A DNA stretch of 64,000 nt from positions 13,888,001 to 13,952,000 of the forward strand of contig OX597818.1 in NCBI GenBank assembly GCA_951406725.2. Reading direction: 5' to 3'. Position numbers and translations under genes: made by a program. The DNA comes from Octopus vulgaris (Eukaryota). Shown piece after piece: positions 40,397 to 54,480 of this stretch (positions are counted from its first letter, which is position 1; each line of letters begins with the position of its first letter). The notes beneath the pieces were generated by a model, which saw nothing but the letters and a program-made list of their open reading frames with translations, was not told the origin of the DNA and made no database searches.

Positions 40397-40522
40397 TCAA
40401 GGTCGACTGTGTCTTTCATCTTTTCGGGGTCGATGAATTAAGTACCAGTTGCTTACTGGGGTCGATCACATCGACTGGCACCCTCCTCCAAAATTTCGGG
40501 CCATGTGCCTAGAATACAAAAG
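40397..40522 (+). mobile_element. Meta-type SINE 3' half
   Basis: aggtcgactgtgtctttcatcttttcggggtcgatgaattaagtaccagttg...aaatttcgggccatgtgcctaga. Confidence 0.75.
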
Positions 40523-42488
40523 AAGAGATAGTGGCTCTTCTTTAAAATATTTGCTTGTATATGCAGTGAGAGAAGGCTTCATTTCTAGAATGTTATCTGT
40601 TGATTGTATAATGCTTAATTTTTCAAGCAGTAATTAGATTACGCAAATTTACTTTGCCGTGGAATATATTTAGCTTCTTTAACCACTTTATGTTTTAGGG
40701 TGAAGGTACATTTGCTCACATAATATATAGAATATGCACAGTATCTTCATGTATATAAATTTTTATTGGTAAAAATTTCGGATACACGCATGTAGAAGTG
40801 TGTTTGTGTGTGCGCGTGTTTTTCAGGATTTATGTGTATATTAATCTCATAAATTCTATGACTTGATGACCAGTGGGTGAAATCGAGAAATATGAACTTT
40901 TCGTAAATTTACGAGAGATTACTTCATTAATGTAAAATATGTTAGCTCAAAAGCAGTTGTAATCAAAACTCAATAATAATGGTGATATTCAATTAATTGG
41001 TTATCGATAAACATGTTTGCTTGCAGATATTCATTGATGAAACGGATAAAATCAATAATTAAAAATCAATACACACTTAAGTATATGCACGCACGCATCA
41101 CTCCCTCCCTCTCTCTCTCTTTCTTTCTCTCTCTCTCTCTCTCGCTCTGTATATATATATATATGTGTGTATGTATGTATGTATGTATTCAGTTAAAGAT
41201 TATTAATATATGCTACTTATTTTATATGTGATAGATTTTGATGCAAAATTGATACACTTCATACTGTTCACATGTTGCATAATCTAGAGGATTATAAAAT
41301 ACAGTCAGCTACGAACAAGAATAATAGTTCAATTCGTTGTAAATGAATTCAAATACTTTTTTATTCATCGTTGTACATATTTTCTCAATAATTCATCAGT
41401 AACGTTAGGTGTTGCTTCTGGATTATTAAAGAAATTCATACTATATATATGTGGTTTAGAAGATACTTGTTATGAAGAATTGCAATATAATACTTATGTG
41501 TATTGAAGGCATGTACCCAAACAAAAGGAAGATAAATGTAAATTTTGTTACTGGAGATAAACATCTCATCTTCTAAATGCAACACATATAGTTCTAGGAT
41601 GTTTTCTCATCGAAAAAAAATTCATTGAACTTAGAATTTCAAAACTTTACAAGAGCTACTAGAAAAAACTTTAGTATGTTTCACCCATCCAAATGTCAAA
41701 ATTTCGTAACCTGATAAATTAATATAAATGCTGTGATAGATATTTTTATACAGCAACATACCATCATAAACGTGAATATTAAACTGTAAATAGAATATTC
41801 ATAGAATCAGAAGAATTATTTTGACTGATTTATAGAGAAGAAATTCGTAACAAATGCATATCTATGTCCATACAAATATATTTCTTTCCCATTTTATCTG
41901 TAAATTTCTCGGAAATATCAATCGTGACCTCATAGCAAATTCCTCGACTTTCAAAAACAGTGCATTAAAATTTTTATGAGTCATATTGCTTTCTTTTCAA
42001 GTCAGGAATATGTCGATTTAAGAGTATAACGTACAATGTTGACAAAATTGTTACGAATAAAGAGAATGTGGTGAAATATAAATAATGTTATGTTATATTT
42101 ATATTGCAGAAATTCTAAAGTTGTATGTAGTAACATTTTTAATAGTTAAAGAACACGATGCGAAATTTGTAATTATATCACGTGACTCATAGATTTGGAA
42201 ATCCAGGACATATATATTACAGTCAGGAAAGAAAAAGAATATAAAAAATGAAAATGTGGACAGAATGTCATTGTGTTGCCTGAGTCATACACAGTGGGGA
42301 TAACTATTAAAGACATTTTAATTTATGTTTTTTCTATGTGAGTAATGTTGTTTTTGTACCTCTTATCTTTTACTTGTTTCAGTCATTAGACTGCGCCCAT
42401 GCTGCACCCACCTTATCATTATTTTTATGTTAGTAATGGTAATAATACTTTATTAAATTTATATACATACATGCATACATACATATAT

Positions 42489-42526
<38 letters not shown>

Positions 42527-42674
42527 TATACATACATATATATACACATATATACGTATACATATATATGTATATATGTATATATGTATATATATATATG
42601 TGTGTGTGTGTGAATGTATGTGTATTTATATATATATATATATATATATGTGTGTGAGTATGTGTGTATGTACA

Positions 42675-44097
42675 TAATTGTTAAAGATGACAACAAACGT
42701 TAAGTCAAGACAAATATCTCAAGTCATATACGTTATTATTATTGGAAAAATTCAGTCCTACAGCTCTCTCTGGGATATCCCAGAGAATGGGATATTCCGT
42801 TATTGGGGAAAAATAAGGAAAATGAAAAGAGTATAGAGTAATGAAATTACGATACATAGGACAGAAGACATTGAATTAGGAGATGGAGAAAGAAAGAAAA
42901 AAGACATAAATGTTCACACTTCAACTTTCTGATCATGTAGAAGTAAGTCCGTAACTCCTTAGGTGCAATCCTGCATGTCGGTTAAATTCCTAATAGTGTA
43001 AATATCCAGAAATGGATGCGAACGTATCAACGTTCAATAACAGAATGGTATCGGCGGTGGTTATTAAATGGAAAGAAGAAAGAAAAATAAATATATAAAA
43101 TGAGAGGCAGAGAGAGTGAGGGAGGAAATCAAGGATTGGTACTAAGGAGAAAATAAGGATATAGTGTATAAGAATATAGTATATATAAAAATAGATATAG
43201 AAGGGTAAATAAGGTGAGAGGAGGAGAAGTTAAAGGGAGATAATTTTTTAAAAAACTACAAAATAGTAAAATGAAAGGTATTCAAAGAGAATACTGGGTG
43301 CCGGCGGAATTCTTCTAGTCTGTACCCACTATTCGCTTTGAATTCCTTTCTTTTACCATTTTAAAAAATTATATTCCTTTAACTTCTTCTCCTCCCTTCT
43401 TATTTACCCTTATATATTTATTTCTTTATTTATCTTCTTGGTTATTCTGATAGACTACGACCTTATATACCTTATTTTATTCTTAGTGCCAGTTCTTAAT
43501 TTCCTCCCTCACTCTCTCTATGTCACTTTCTATTTATATATTTTTCTTTCTTCTTGCAATTTAATAGCCACATCCTCTGCCATTCTGCTACTGAAAGTTG
43601 ATACGTTCGTGTCTATTTCTGGAAAGTTACACTATTAGGACTTCATCCTACGTGGATTTACACAGGATTACTGCACATAAGTCCTACTTCTACATGATCG
43701 GGAAGTTGAGATGTGTGTACTTTTATGCTTCTTTTATCTTCTCTTTCTTCTTCTCCTTATTCCTTTTCTCCTGCCCTCTGTGTCGTCATTTCATTACTCT
43801 TTACCATTCTCCTTCTCCCTTTTTGTCTCCGATGACGGAATAACCCATACACCTGCCATATCCCAGAGAGAGGTGTAAAACTGAAATTTTCCAATAATAG
43901 CAACGTATATTACTTGAGATATTTACTTGCCTTAACATTTCTTGACCTCTTTAACAATTATATATCCGCTACATCGGAAATCTACACTGGCTTTAAAACT
44001 ACTGTCGCGGCTATAGCCTTGGAACCCTTGCAATTCGTTACAGAATGTATTAGCGTACGTAGTTGTTTAGCCCACCTGTGAAATAAACCCACGTACT
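42675..44097 (+). mobile_element. Old, diverged large fold-back (~630-bp arms) with tail and hammerhead relic
   Basis: 42675-~43300 is inverted to ~43322-43961 (e.g. ataattgttaaag/ctttaacaattat; atatctcaagtcatatacgtt/aacgtatattacttgagatat). Tail runs to ~44097. Relic 'tccgatgacggaata...atatcccagagagaggtgta' at ~43826-43878. Confidence 0.75.
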
Positions 44098-44216
44098 TTA
44101 TATATGTTTATATATATATACATATATATATATATATTTTCAAAATGTGACCGCGTGTGTACCGTTGGCGATTTTTTTCCTCCGTCTTCTCTTCTTTGGA
44201 TCTTTCCTTTTCCTAT

Positions 44217-44251
44217 GTTTCTGACGAAGCGCTCCGCTTGAAACGTTAAAC
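44217..44251 (+). ncRNA. Ultra-minimal type I hammerhead in a short repeat (~44141-44350) between microsatellites
   Basis: gttt CTGACGA agcgctccgctt GAAAC GTT aaac. Stem I is gttt/aaac and stem III is the loopless palindrome AACGTT. Confidence 0.7.
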
Positions 44252-44385
44252 CCTCTTTCCTTCTTTCCTGAGTGTCCAATAATACTATACTTGTTCCACG
44301 TCCTCGCGTTGTTGTGTTTTCTCTTTGTGTTTTCATGTTTGGTTTAACTATATATATGTCGTGTTTCTGTGTGTGTGTGTGTGTG

Positions 44386-44438
<53 letters not shown>

Positions 44439-44820
44439 CTGTATATATGTATATATTGTTTTGGGAACTCAGCATACAGATTATTTGCTGAGGCGTGCAG
44501 ATATCAGCCAAACAGATAAAAATCAATGAATGACGTATGTTATGCCTCCATATTGCACATAGGAAGGAAGCTTCCTCCGGTGGGGAAAAAACTGGGATCA
44601 GATATTCATGTTCGTATCTTTCACAAAGTATTGAGATGAATAGATATGTCACTATCTATAAACCATCATTCTTTGTAATTTTCTCCTCGACATTCAAGCG
44701 TTTGTAATTTCGTAGCGGCATATGCGCCATGTAATGTATCTGACGCATTTTAAATCTCAGTTTATTCCTAATTGATCCATTCATTTCTATTTCTAGATGG
44801 TAAATTACACCACTCATATA

Positions 44821-44887
<67 letters not shown>

Positions 44888-45341
44888 AAGGACAAGTAGA
44901 AACAAACACGTGTAGCCGTATGTACATAGAATACAAAATAGTGATAGAGGATAAAAGAATAAAAGAAAAAATTAAAACAAACGGCATTATATCTACAGCT
45001 GTTTCTAGCGTACCATAACTTGTTCGTAACCACATTCATGCATTATTTGTGGATGACGTCATAGCTGAGTGTAACACAATATGTTCCAGTGGAATTGTTA
45101 AGGCATGTTAAATGATCCTCTTCAGAAGTGTGGCGAACGTGTATTTGTATGTTGACAAATGTTTGTATATATGTATATGTATGTGTGTATGTATGTATTT
45201 ATATATGTGTGTGTGTGCCTGTATGTGTGTATATGCATCTGCATGTGCGCGCACGCGAGTATATGTGTATATGTATGCACATGGTAGTAAAGACATCCTA
45301 GACAGTGCTGCACAGCAGATTTTCAGAGAAGGCGCCCCTAG

Positions 45342-45382
<41 letters not shown>

Positions 45383-46578
45383 CACATAAACTCTCACTCA
45401 TGAATCTGTTTTGTCCCTTAATTATTTACACACTAAAAATTATGACAGGCGAAGCAACTGAAAATTTTAAAAATATTTACATGATTCTTTTAAAGCACGT
45501 AACGTTTTATTCTAGGAAATCAATTATATTAAGGTAACATTTAAAATTTATGTAAAGTTTCCAAGAATTCTTCATAAACTACTAAAATAGCCGAATTCGT
45601 GCCACGAAAATATTTTACCAGGCTATTTAAAATAATGTTGCATATCTTGATCCTTTCCTGCAATGAGACTGTTTTCAACAATACTTTTAAGCAACATATT
45701 CATGCATCTAAATGCCACTGTTTCATAAACAAATTCATATCGAAAGAGGTAATTCCGAAATAAAATACAATAGAACGCATCTACAATTTGTTCCCCATTT
45801 TCTTCGTCAGTAGCACTGTTTTGTTAACGGTTTATTAGAAATAAAATTTTATAAGAAACAAAGTATTTATTAGAAATAATGTTTGTAAGAAATAATGTGT
45901 TTTGTCTGCTTCTGTGTTACATTTGGAGTAATCTTTACTTAATATGAATATAATTACATCATCCAATTTCCTTACTACCCAACAAAACTTGTAAGTCTAC
46001 AAACGATTATTAACATTCCATTCAATATCTCTACAGGCATTAGTCATGTTGCCACTTTTGATACTAATGATATTTCGAAATATTATATAACATTAACAGT
46101 TTGTTATGCAGTTTTGTCATTGTGAAACCGAATTGGATCCAATGAAACATATTAGAATTTTCATTGGTATCTTAACACTAATTATATAGTTCTTATTAAA
46201 GAGAAATCCACCTGCATAGGTAACATACAGACACTCTAGCAAATATAAGTTCTGTAGCTCGAACTCGCACGAGTTTTAGCTTCCTAAATCTTCAATTTAA
46301 AATGTAATAAACGTTTGACATATAAGTGAACATAGATTAATTTCGGCTATCACGTTAAAAATGCATTGAGCCGTTCATACGACATCTGCATACTTTATAT
46401 TATTTCATTTTTTATTAAAAATCAGTCTTTGGGAGTTTAGCGCCTCAAAATGCTCCTCTTCGTGTACACAAGTAACTGTAACCTGCAAAAATCTGGAGGA
46501 AAATTATATAGAGATTATAGAATTTTCTACGCAGGTTTTCCGTTTCTTGAGTAATAGTATACAATGAACCGTTAAATT

Positions 46579-46646
46579 TTCAAGTTGTGTAACCCTAGTT
46601 ACTAAAGACATCGATGTCTTTAGTAACTAAGGTTACACAACTTGAA
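46579..46646. repeat. 68-bp spacerless palindrome (one mismatch)
   Basis: ttcaagttgtgtaaccctagttactaaagacatc|gatgtctttagtaactaaggttacacaacttgaa. Confidence 0.95.
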
Positions 46647-46746
46647 TGACCGTGTTAGCTCGAAAATATATAAAACACTATGCACATGAAAAACAGTATT
46701 TATTAAATTGACTCAGCTGTACATAGTTTCTCCGAAATTATAATTT

Positions 46747-47141
46747 TGATCGTCATTTTCAAATCCTCCGAACGTTCTTGCATATATCTCAAGTGTGGGT
46801 CAAAATCATGATATTTTAAAGGAATTTTGGAATGCTTTAAAAACCATCTCAATGAACATGATTAATATAAGACACAAGCAACGACAATCAGATGTGACTG
46901 CCTTAAACTCTTAATAACACAACTGAGTCTAATGCTTTAGCAAGGTAAACATTATCACTGAATCATTATATCGGAGAATACTGTAAAGTACCAAGTGTAT
47001 TTCCAGTGTACAACGAATTTAAGCTAAGGAAAATATGTATTAAATAATTGATCCCCTCATATATATATTAATATAGATATTGATAGACACATACATCCAT
47101 ATATGTATATATATAAAACATTCAACCTTTAATCTTTAATA
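46747..47141. repeat. 395-bp direct repeat, copy 1 (copy 2 at 48244-48638)
   Basis: Offset 1497; only one substitution noticed (gatattga vs gatgttga). Confidence 0.92.
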
Positions 47142-47475
47142 GACATGACCTTAAAATATTCTACTCTTCTCCGCCCAATATATAATCTATTGTTCCCTCT
47201 TCCAATAAACGTAAACTTTTTTCTACTACCTGAATATATATAATCATAAGTCAAAGTCACGAAAGCACAAATACCGATATCGATGGCATATACTTCACCT
47301 GCAATCCTAGCGCTAGACCCACGCTTCCTATGAAGGCCGAAATGTAGCTGAGGCGAATGTTGATACTTATAACACCACCACAAACACTAATATTAATAAC
47401 CCTCATGCGACCTCTACCACCACTAATGCTAATAATAATATGATTAAAAATAATAGTATCATCACTACTAGAACT

Positions 47476-47530
<55 letters not shown>

Positions 47531-47985
47531 TCAATAATAATAAGAGCCAATCCCTAATAACACCTTTAATTTTAATTTCTCTATAAATAGTACTACATCT
47601 TACCTTTCCACTAATAACACTCGAACGCCTATTGAGAGCCCACTGCAGAAGGTTTAACGTAGTATAAAAATACACGGTCCACAACATATTGCATAATTCT
47701 ACTAACTATTATATCGGTTCTACTGTTAATGTTAAACGGAGATATTTGGCGCATATAAACTCATTTAAGTACGAGTAGTATAGCAAATCTGCCTCTCTAG
47801 GTAAATCATCTAATAAAATGAAAGGATATCTTAGGCCATAATAGATTCCTGTTCCCATACCAAGGCTAATGATCCACTTGTAGATTATGCCTAAAAGAAA
47901 CCTTCTATATATTAATGCATAATTCACCACAATTACTAAATAAACAAGAAGATTTTTCTACATGTGATAGGTTCTATCACACCTT
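47142..47985 (+). pseudogene. Degraded PLE C-terminal region: RT tail, Asn-rich linker, GIY-YIG
   Basis: LKIFYSSPPNI*SIVPSSNKRKL; (AAT)n linker; NVV*KYTV...YIGSTVNVKRRYLAHINSFK (YIG at 47710); PYQG..STCRLCLKETFYILMHNSPQLLNKQE. Confidence 0.85.
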
Positions 47986-48200
47986 TACATTCTTCCATAT
48001 ATCCAAATGCAAACAAATTCAACACGCATAATAACTTCCATCCATGGTCGTTGCAATATACATACATACATACATACATACATACATACATACATACATA
48101 CATACATACATACATTCATACATACATACAAATATATATGTATATATATATATATATATGTATATATTCATGTATATGTGTATATGTACGTGTATCTATG

Positions 48201-48235
<35 letters not shown>

Positions 48236-48243
48236 ATAAGGGA

Positions 48244-48638
48244 TGATCGTCATTTTCAAATCCTCCGAACGTTCTTGCATATATCTCAAGTGTGGGTCAA
48301 AATCATGATATTTTAAAGGAATTTTGGAATGCTTTAAAAACCATCTCAATGAACATGATTAATATAAGACACAAGCAACGACAATCAGATGTGACTGCCT
48401 TAAACTCTTAATAACACAACTGAGTCTAATGCTTTAGCAAGGTAAACATTATCACTGAATCATTATATCGGAGAATACTGTAAAGTACCAAGTGTATTTC
48501 CAGTGTACAACGAATTTAAGCTAAGGAAAATATGTATTAAATAATTGATCCCCTCATATATATATTAATATAGATGTTGATAGACACATACATCCATATA
48601 TGTATATATATAAAACATTCAACCTTTAATCTTTAATA
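48244..48638. repeat. 395-bp direct repeat, copy 2
   Basis: Matches 46747-47141. Confidence 0.92.
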
Positions 48639-49116
48639 TATATATATGTTTGTGTGTGTGTGTGCGTATGTGTACGCTTTCTTTTTCCTCTACCTCTCTA
48701 TCAACATAAGTATCTTAGAAGCTAGCTAGTTTCAATTGGATAATTTTTAGTTTTTGTAACTTTAGGTTTTATTTTTCTGCGTTGGGAATTTTAGGTTTTC
48801 ACTTTAATCCTTAATCCTTTATCTCGTATCGTTTAATTGCTATTAAGCATGAAATATAATTTTAAATATCCGTACAAACCACTATACTATTGCTCTTTGC
48901 AACCTTAGCTAGAGTGGCCTTCTACTCCCTCTTTACTGAAACTTTAACGTTTGACCTCTTAGCCCAATGCTATACAGACGTATTTCGATAGTTACCTTTA
49001 CTTTACTTTTATTTTTAATTTTATTCTTATTTTGCCCCTTTACCCCACATTCTACTGTTACCTTAATTCCTTTCTCCTCTCTCCTGTCTCTCTTTCTCCT
49101 CTCCCTCTCCTCTCTC

Positions 49117-49147
<31 letters not shown>

Positions 49148-49512
49148 TTCCTGTCTTCCTCCTTTCTCTTCTATTTACACCCACTCACAAAACCCATTTA
49201 TGTCTATCTTACTTTCTCGCTCAACATACACATTTACAAATGAATAAATCATTTAAAATGCTGCCACAATACCACCTCGATTTAACTTGGTTTTAAACTA
49301 AGGACCTGATTTTTCATGGAAGTACTGACCAACATCCATATCTTCTGGAAAAAGATGAGTACTGAACATTATTCTCTTGCCTATATTCGTCTGGCTACCA
49401 GAACATTTTGTTCTTCAATTCACTCCTTTATACTTTTATTTCATTCCTTATAAACTGTGAATTTTATTCCTTGTAAACTGTAAACTTCCATGTCGAGAAT
49501 ATTCATCACCAT

Positions 49513-49588
49513 GTCTCTGATGACAGAATACCCAGGGCGTGGACATACTAACCTACCACTTGTGTTATCCCAGAAAAGGCTGTAAGAT
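49513..49588 (+). ncRNA. Hammerhead motif with long stem II in a PLE-end family repeat (~49295-49620)
   Basis: gtct CTGATGA(49517-49523) ... GAAA aggct GTA agat; homologous to the reverse complement of 57560-57870. Confidence 0.6.
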
Positions 49589-49672
49589 TCACCTTACCCT
49601 AATTAAATAATTTTAAATGACTTTTTATGTATTTATATATGTATGCATGTATATATATATATATATAAGTAA

Positions 49673-49754
<82 letters not shown>

Positions 49755-51172
49755 ATGTGTGTGTGTGTATATATACATATATTTATATTGGGTATATAAA
49801 TATATATATATATAAATAACATAATATTGTGTTTATATATATTGAATATATATAGTGAGAGAGAGAGAGAGAGTGAAAGAGGGAGAGAGAGAATATATCA
49901 ATATATACCTACTCATAAATACACACATTCATACGTACGTACATACAGACCCAAATATATTTGAATGAATATGCACTTGCAGTCATTATATACAACCAGT
50001 CTCACTATGAGTGGCTGAATATATATGTTGTGGGCATCTTGAATATTTCTACCAATGTCGCAATGCAGAGAGATTTTTCTTATAAGTATAATGCTTATAT
50101 TTTAATGACGTGTTGTTCTCTGCTTGTATACATGTGGTTAACAGTCAGCGAATCCTCTGAAATGAGTTGGGTTTTTTTACAATTTTAATGACGTCTTCTC
50201 TCTTACATATGCGGCTGTAATGCACGGCAGCGTTTCAACATTTAACGCTTAGTAGATATTTTCTAAGGTTTCCATGGAAAGACTGACTGTGCTGAAGTTT
50301 AGACTCTGTCGTTTTGTTTTTGCTTTATGTAAAGGGTATCTGTATTACTGTGGAAGCGGAAATTCCTGTTATGAATTAATAACCTTCGGGTTTTAACTTC
50401 AAAAGTGTCGACCCAATTTAGTGCCTTATGAAGAAGCCTATATATTGGCGCGGGCACATTATTAGCTATTGAATTAATTACAACTGGAATTTCCGTGAAC
50501 CATATTTTATGTTATTACTCCCAAGTTAAGCCTTTCATTTATGGCAATATGTTGGTACGAATAGAATAAAGATTAGATTATATGAGCTGCATATATATGG
50601 GTTGGTGAAAATCTGTTTTGCAATTTAAACTGATGTGTGAGTTGGCAAGGAGATAAAGTTTCTTTCCAGGTGTTCAAGACGTTTACTTTTAAATTTAGTA
50701 TAGTTCGTTCCCCTACACATACACATGTAACATTTTCACATATATAAACGAGTTTTTTCGATATTCTTTTAGCACATGCACGCACATTTGTTATCCAAAT
50801 ATATGCACGATCTGCACTGCAGACCTTGCACTAATATACCTTCGTATACTGATGTAAGGGAAATAGAAATTGCCAACCTTCCTAAATGTTTACATTAGCT
50901 TATGTGTGCATTCCATAATAATTTTTCATAACCTGGGTAACGTTTGCAGACTAGTGAAACCTCATGAGGCAAAATCGAAATTGGAAATACTCCAATTACC
51001 CATGTATATGCAACGCATTTGAAAATTCTTCAAATTCCAAAGCATTATACTTAAGATTATGAAGTAAACATAGAATTTGATTATGAAGTAAACAATAATT
51101 TCTTCAAAACGCAATTTCTCTGCTGCCCACCAACATATATACATGCGTGTGTGTATGCGTGTGTGTATATGT

Positions 51173-51239
<67 letters not shown>

Positions 51240-51288
51240 CTGTGTGTGTTTGTGTATGTGTATATATATATATATATGTATATGTATT

Positions 51289-51319
<31 letters not shown>

Positions 51320-51432
51320 TTATATTACAGTGGCAAACAAGGATCTTAAGTATTCAAAAACACAAATATTAAAACATTATATATATGCACACACACACAC
51401 GTACGCACGCACGCACATACACACACTCAAAA

Positions 51433-51490
<58 letters not shown>

Positions 51491-51730
51491 AATCCTTGTG
51501 TCCAGTAGGTTAGAGTGTTGCACTCACGATCGCTAGATTCTGGTTTTGCTTCCCAGACAGGTAGTACTTCAATCTACTCAGGTATGAATTTGTAAACCTA
51601 TAACCGACTTGTTTTCCTTTACGGAGAATATTGGTTTTCCCAACATTCCACAGTGACGGTACCATTCGAGGAAGCACAATGTGAGCTGTGGTGCATATTG
51701 ATACACGATGACTAGTCAATACAGGGATGC

Positions 51731-51800
<70 letters not shown>

Positions 51801-53819
51801 AGATATACAGAGAGAGACAGAAAGAGATCGGAGGATTGATAAAAATGATAAATTTATATATAGAGAGAGGGGGAGATAGAGACTGGTTGGCAGTCAGAGA
51901 ATAAGACAGCGACACCAAAGATCATATAGAATCATATAATTAAAAGAAAAGATATTTAGCCCCATTGCGATAATTGGCATCATGATACAATTATAGGTTA
52001 TTTAGTACCTTGTTTCGTCTCGTATTAAAAGTTCATCAGTAATCGCTTTAACGCTACTTCCCGAGGTAAAAAATCTTGCAAGCGTAAGCTTGTAGAAATA
52101 ACTTAGTCCTAGTAAAATAATACTACAAGGTAATCTTGAGAAAATGATTAAGTTGATTCCATGCATAAATAAATTATATGTCTGGAGAAATATCTGACTA
52201 CCATGTGTGTATTTAGGAATGTGTATTATATTTTCGCACAGAGATAAGCAATATATTTTTATGTATATAAAATTAATTTTGCTTTACTCATACAGTTACA
52301 CGACGAAATACCTGTTATCTGATCAAAGACATTTCCTTTTAACATTATCAACATCACACCTTCAGTTTCTCTGTTGATACTGAATTACATTTTTTTTTTA
52401 CTTTTGCTTTTGCAGTTGAACGTCTTTCGTTAAGCAGTGACTTTGTAGTATATTTCGTGCTTTTCGACTTTTTGTTTCTGTGTCTGTTTTACTGTTTCTG
52501 TACTTGATGAATATAAATTCAACCAAGACACCTCATGTTGCCAGGTTGTTATTGACCCCATTTACAACAGGGGCACAGATTCAACCTTCTGCTATGCTAA
52601 CTGTATAGAATAAAAATACCTTGTGAGTAGGAAAGCAAATAAGATATAGGTTGCATATAGAAAATTGTCTGTCTATTTATAACATATACATGTACATGTA
52701 ATTTACAAAGAAATAAGCAAAGCTGGAGCTAGACAAAGTTTGTTATTTAAATAAAATAAAACAGGTCCTTAGTTGAAATCCAAGGTAAATCTAGGCGGTA
52801 TTTTGGCTGTATTTTGAATGATTCATTCATATTGTAAATGTGTATGTTGAGCAAGAAAGTAAGATAGTTTTCTTTTGCGTGTGGAAAATTTTACTTTTAT
52901 CAATAACGCATAAGGGAAACTGAAAACGAAGAGTTATTAATCTTCTAACTCGCATCCTATTTATGTTCTTGAAAAAAACCCTCAATTGATAAAGTAGATA
53001 CGCTACATTAAAATTATCTAAAGAATTTAATCCCGCATTTCCTAATAAGTGATCGGTCCTCCGTCTTGACATCTCTCTCCAGACTACTGCTGAATTGCTC
53101 CCACTTGTAAGTGTCGTCAAGGTCGAATATTCGGGTCTTAGACGTGAACGTGTTTGTGAAGAAAGTGACATTCAAATGTGCCCCAGGTAACAAAAGTATA
53201 TCCTATGTGATGTACAAATACTGTCCGATTAATTGTGAAGTGAAAGAACTGCTGTACAGAACAGGTAAAGATGTAAGGGTTTGAAGGAGCATAAGAAAGA
53301 GAGGACGTTATCATTCTATGAGCTTCGGGGGATTCGTTCCATAAACTAAGAAAGCAGAGATCCTTAATAGAATGATCGTAAAAGAGATTATGATGTTTCT
53401 GATAGATATCATGAGGGTGGGTTACCATTTCTCCACATGGTTGCAATGGTCATAGAATAGTCATTGAGCGGTGTAAAATGATGCTCCGATTGAGTGAAGA
53501 TCAGAATGCATTTATCTCAGCATTGCATGCGTTTAGTGATGACATTATAGTCATAGTATTTATAAGAGAAGAAGCAAACACTTACTTCGCGATGTGCGCT
53601 CCACAAGCAATATCGACTTTACACGATATTCAAAAGAAGTCGCAAATTGTGCGAAGAATATGATAGCAACATCATACGATGTTAATCTTGGCTTATTTGT
53701 TTTATTAGTTCTCAACGCTAGTTCAAATTACACATGTTGGTAAGGTAACTCTTCATCTCTCCTAATATTCTTCCAGTTCTACATTGCAGAGAATTAATGG
53801 ATTCAAAGTGAAAGCAATG

Positions 53820-54480
53820 TCTTGTCATTGGGCTATTGACAAAGAAGGGAATGCTGGCTCTCCCACATCCAGAAAAGGATATGTTGCGTACTCAGATGAC
53901 AGGAGCGAGAAGAACGATGTGCACAGATGAGGAAGGAGTTTAAAGAAGTGAAATCCACCAATGAAGACAAACCATTTGGTGCGAGACCAGGAAATCTGCC
54001 ACAAATGGCCTGCTACTGAAACAAATCCTCAAGCATTCCACTAACAGACACACACGGATAGACGACTCACAATCCGCGAGCTTGCAGGATAACTTTGCTA
54101 TGATACCAACAACTTATAAAAGATTGTGGAAAACTTTGGGTAACAAAAAGTGTTCGCAAAGTAGGTACCTCCGCATTTTATGTCCAATTTGAAAGGAGAA
54201 GGGGCAAAAGTTTGCGTTGAACTGATGGAGGCATTTGATGCCATGACAGTTACGCTTGTTGGTGATTTCTCGGTCGGGAATGAAATATGGATGTATCTAA
54301 ACGGTTCAGTCCTTGGAATGGTATTACATTTCTTCTCCAAAACTTAAATAACAGAACCAGAAAGTTATGATGGCCGATTTAGTGAGTTGATAACGGCTTC
54401 ATTTTCCTGATGGAAACTACATCGAAAAGTATTTCTCTGTCGTATAGAGGAAGTATTATTCCCCCAACATAGGCAATATA
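53820..54480 (+). mobile_element. Degraded mariner transposase fragment
   Basis: Pieces RLTIRELA, KVFAK*VPPHF (WVPH motif) and VGNEIWMY (GDETW motif). Confidence 0.6.

Noticed and set aside
52385-53450. Polypyrimidine-CAG acceptor at ~52415 and minus-strand ORFs 52827-53446 as host exons
   Set aside because: No convincing open exon or donor site, and no recognisable protein; possibly decayed PLE sequence.
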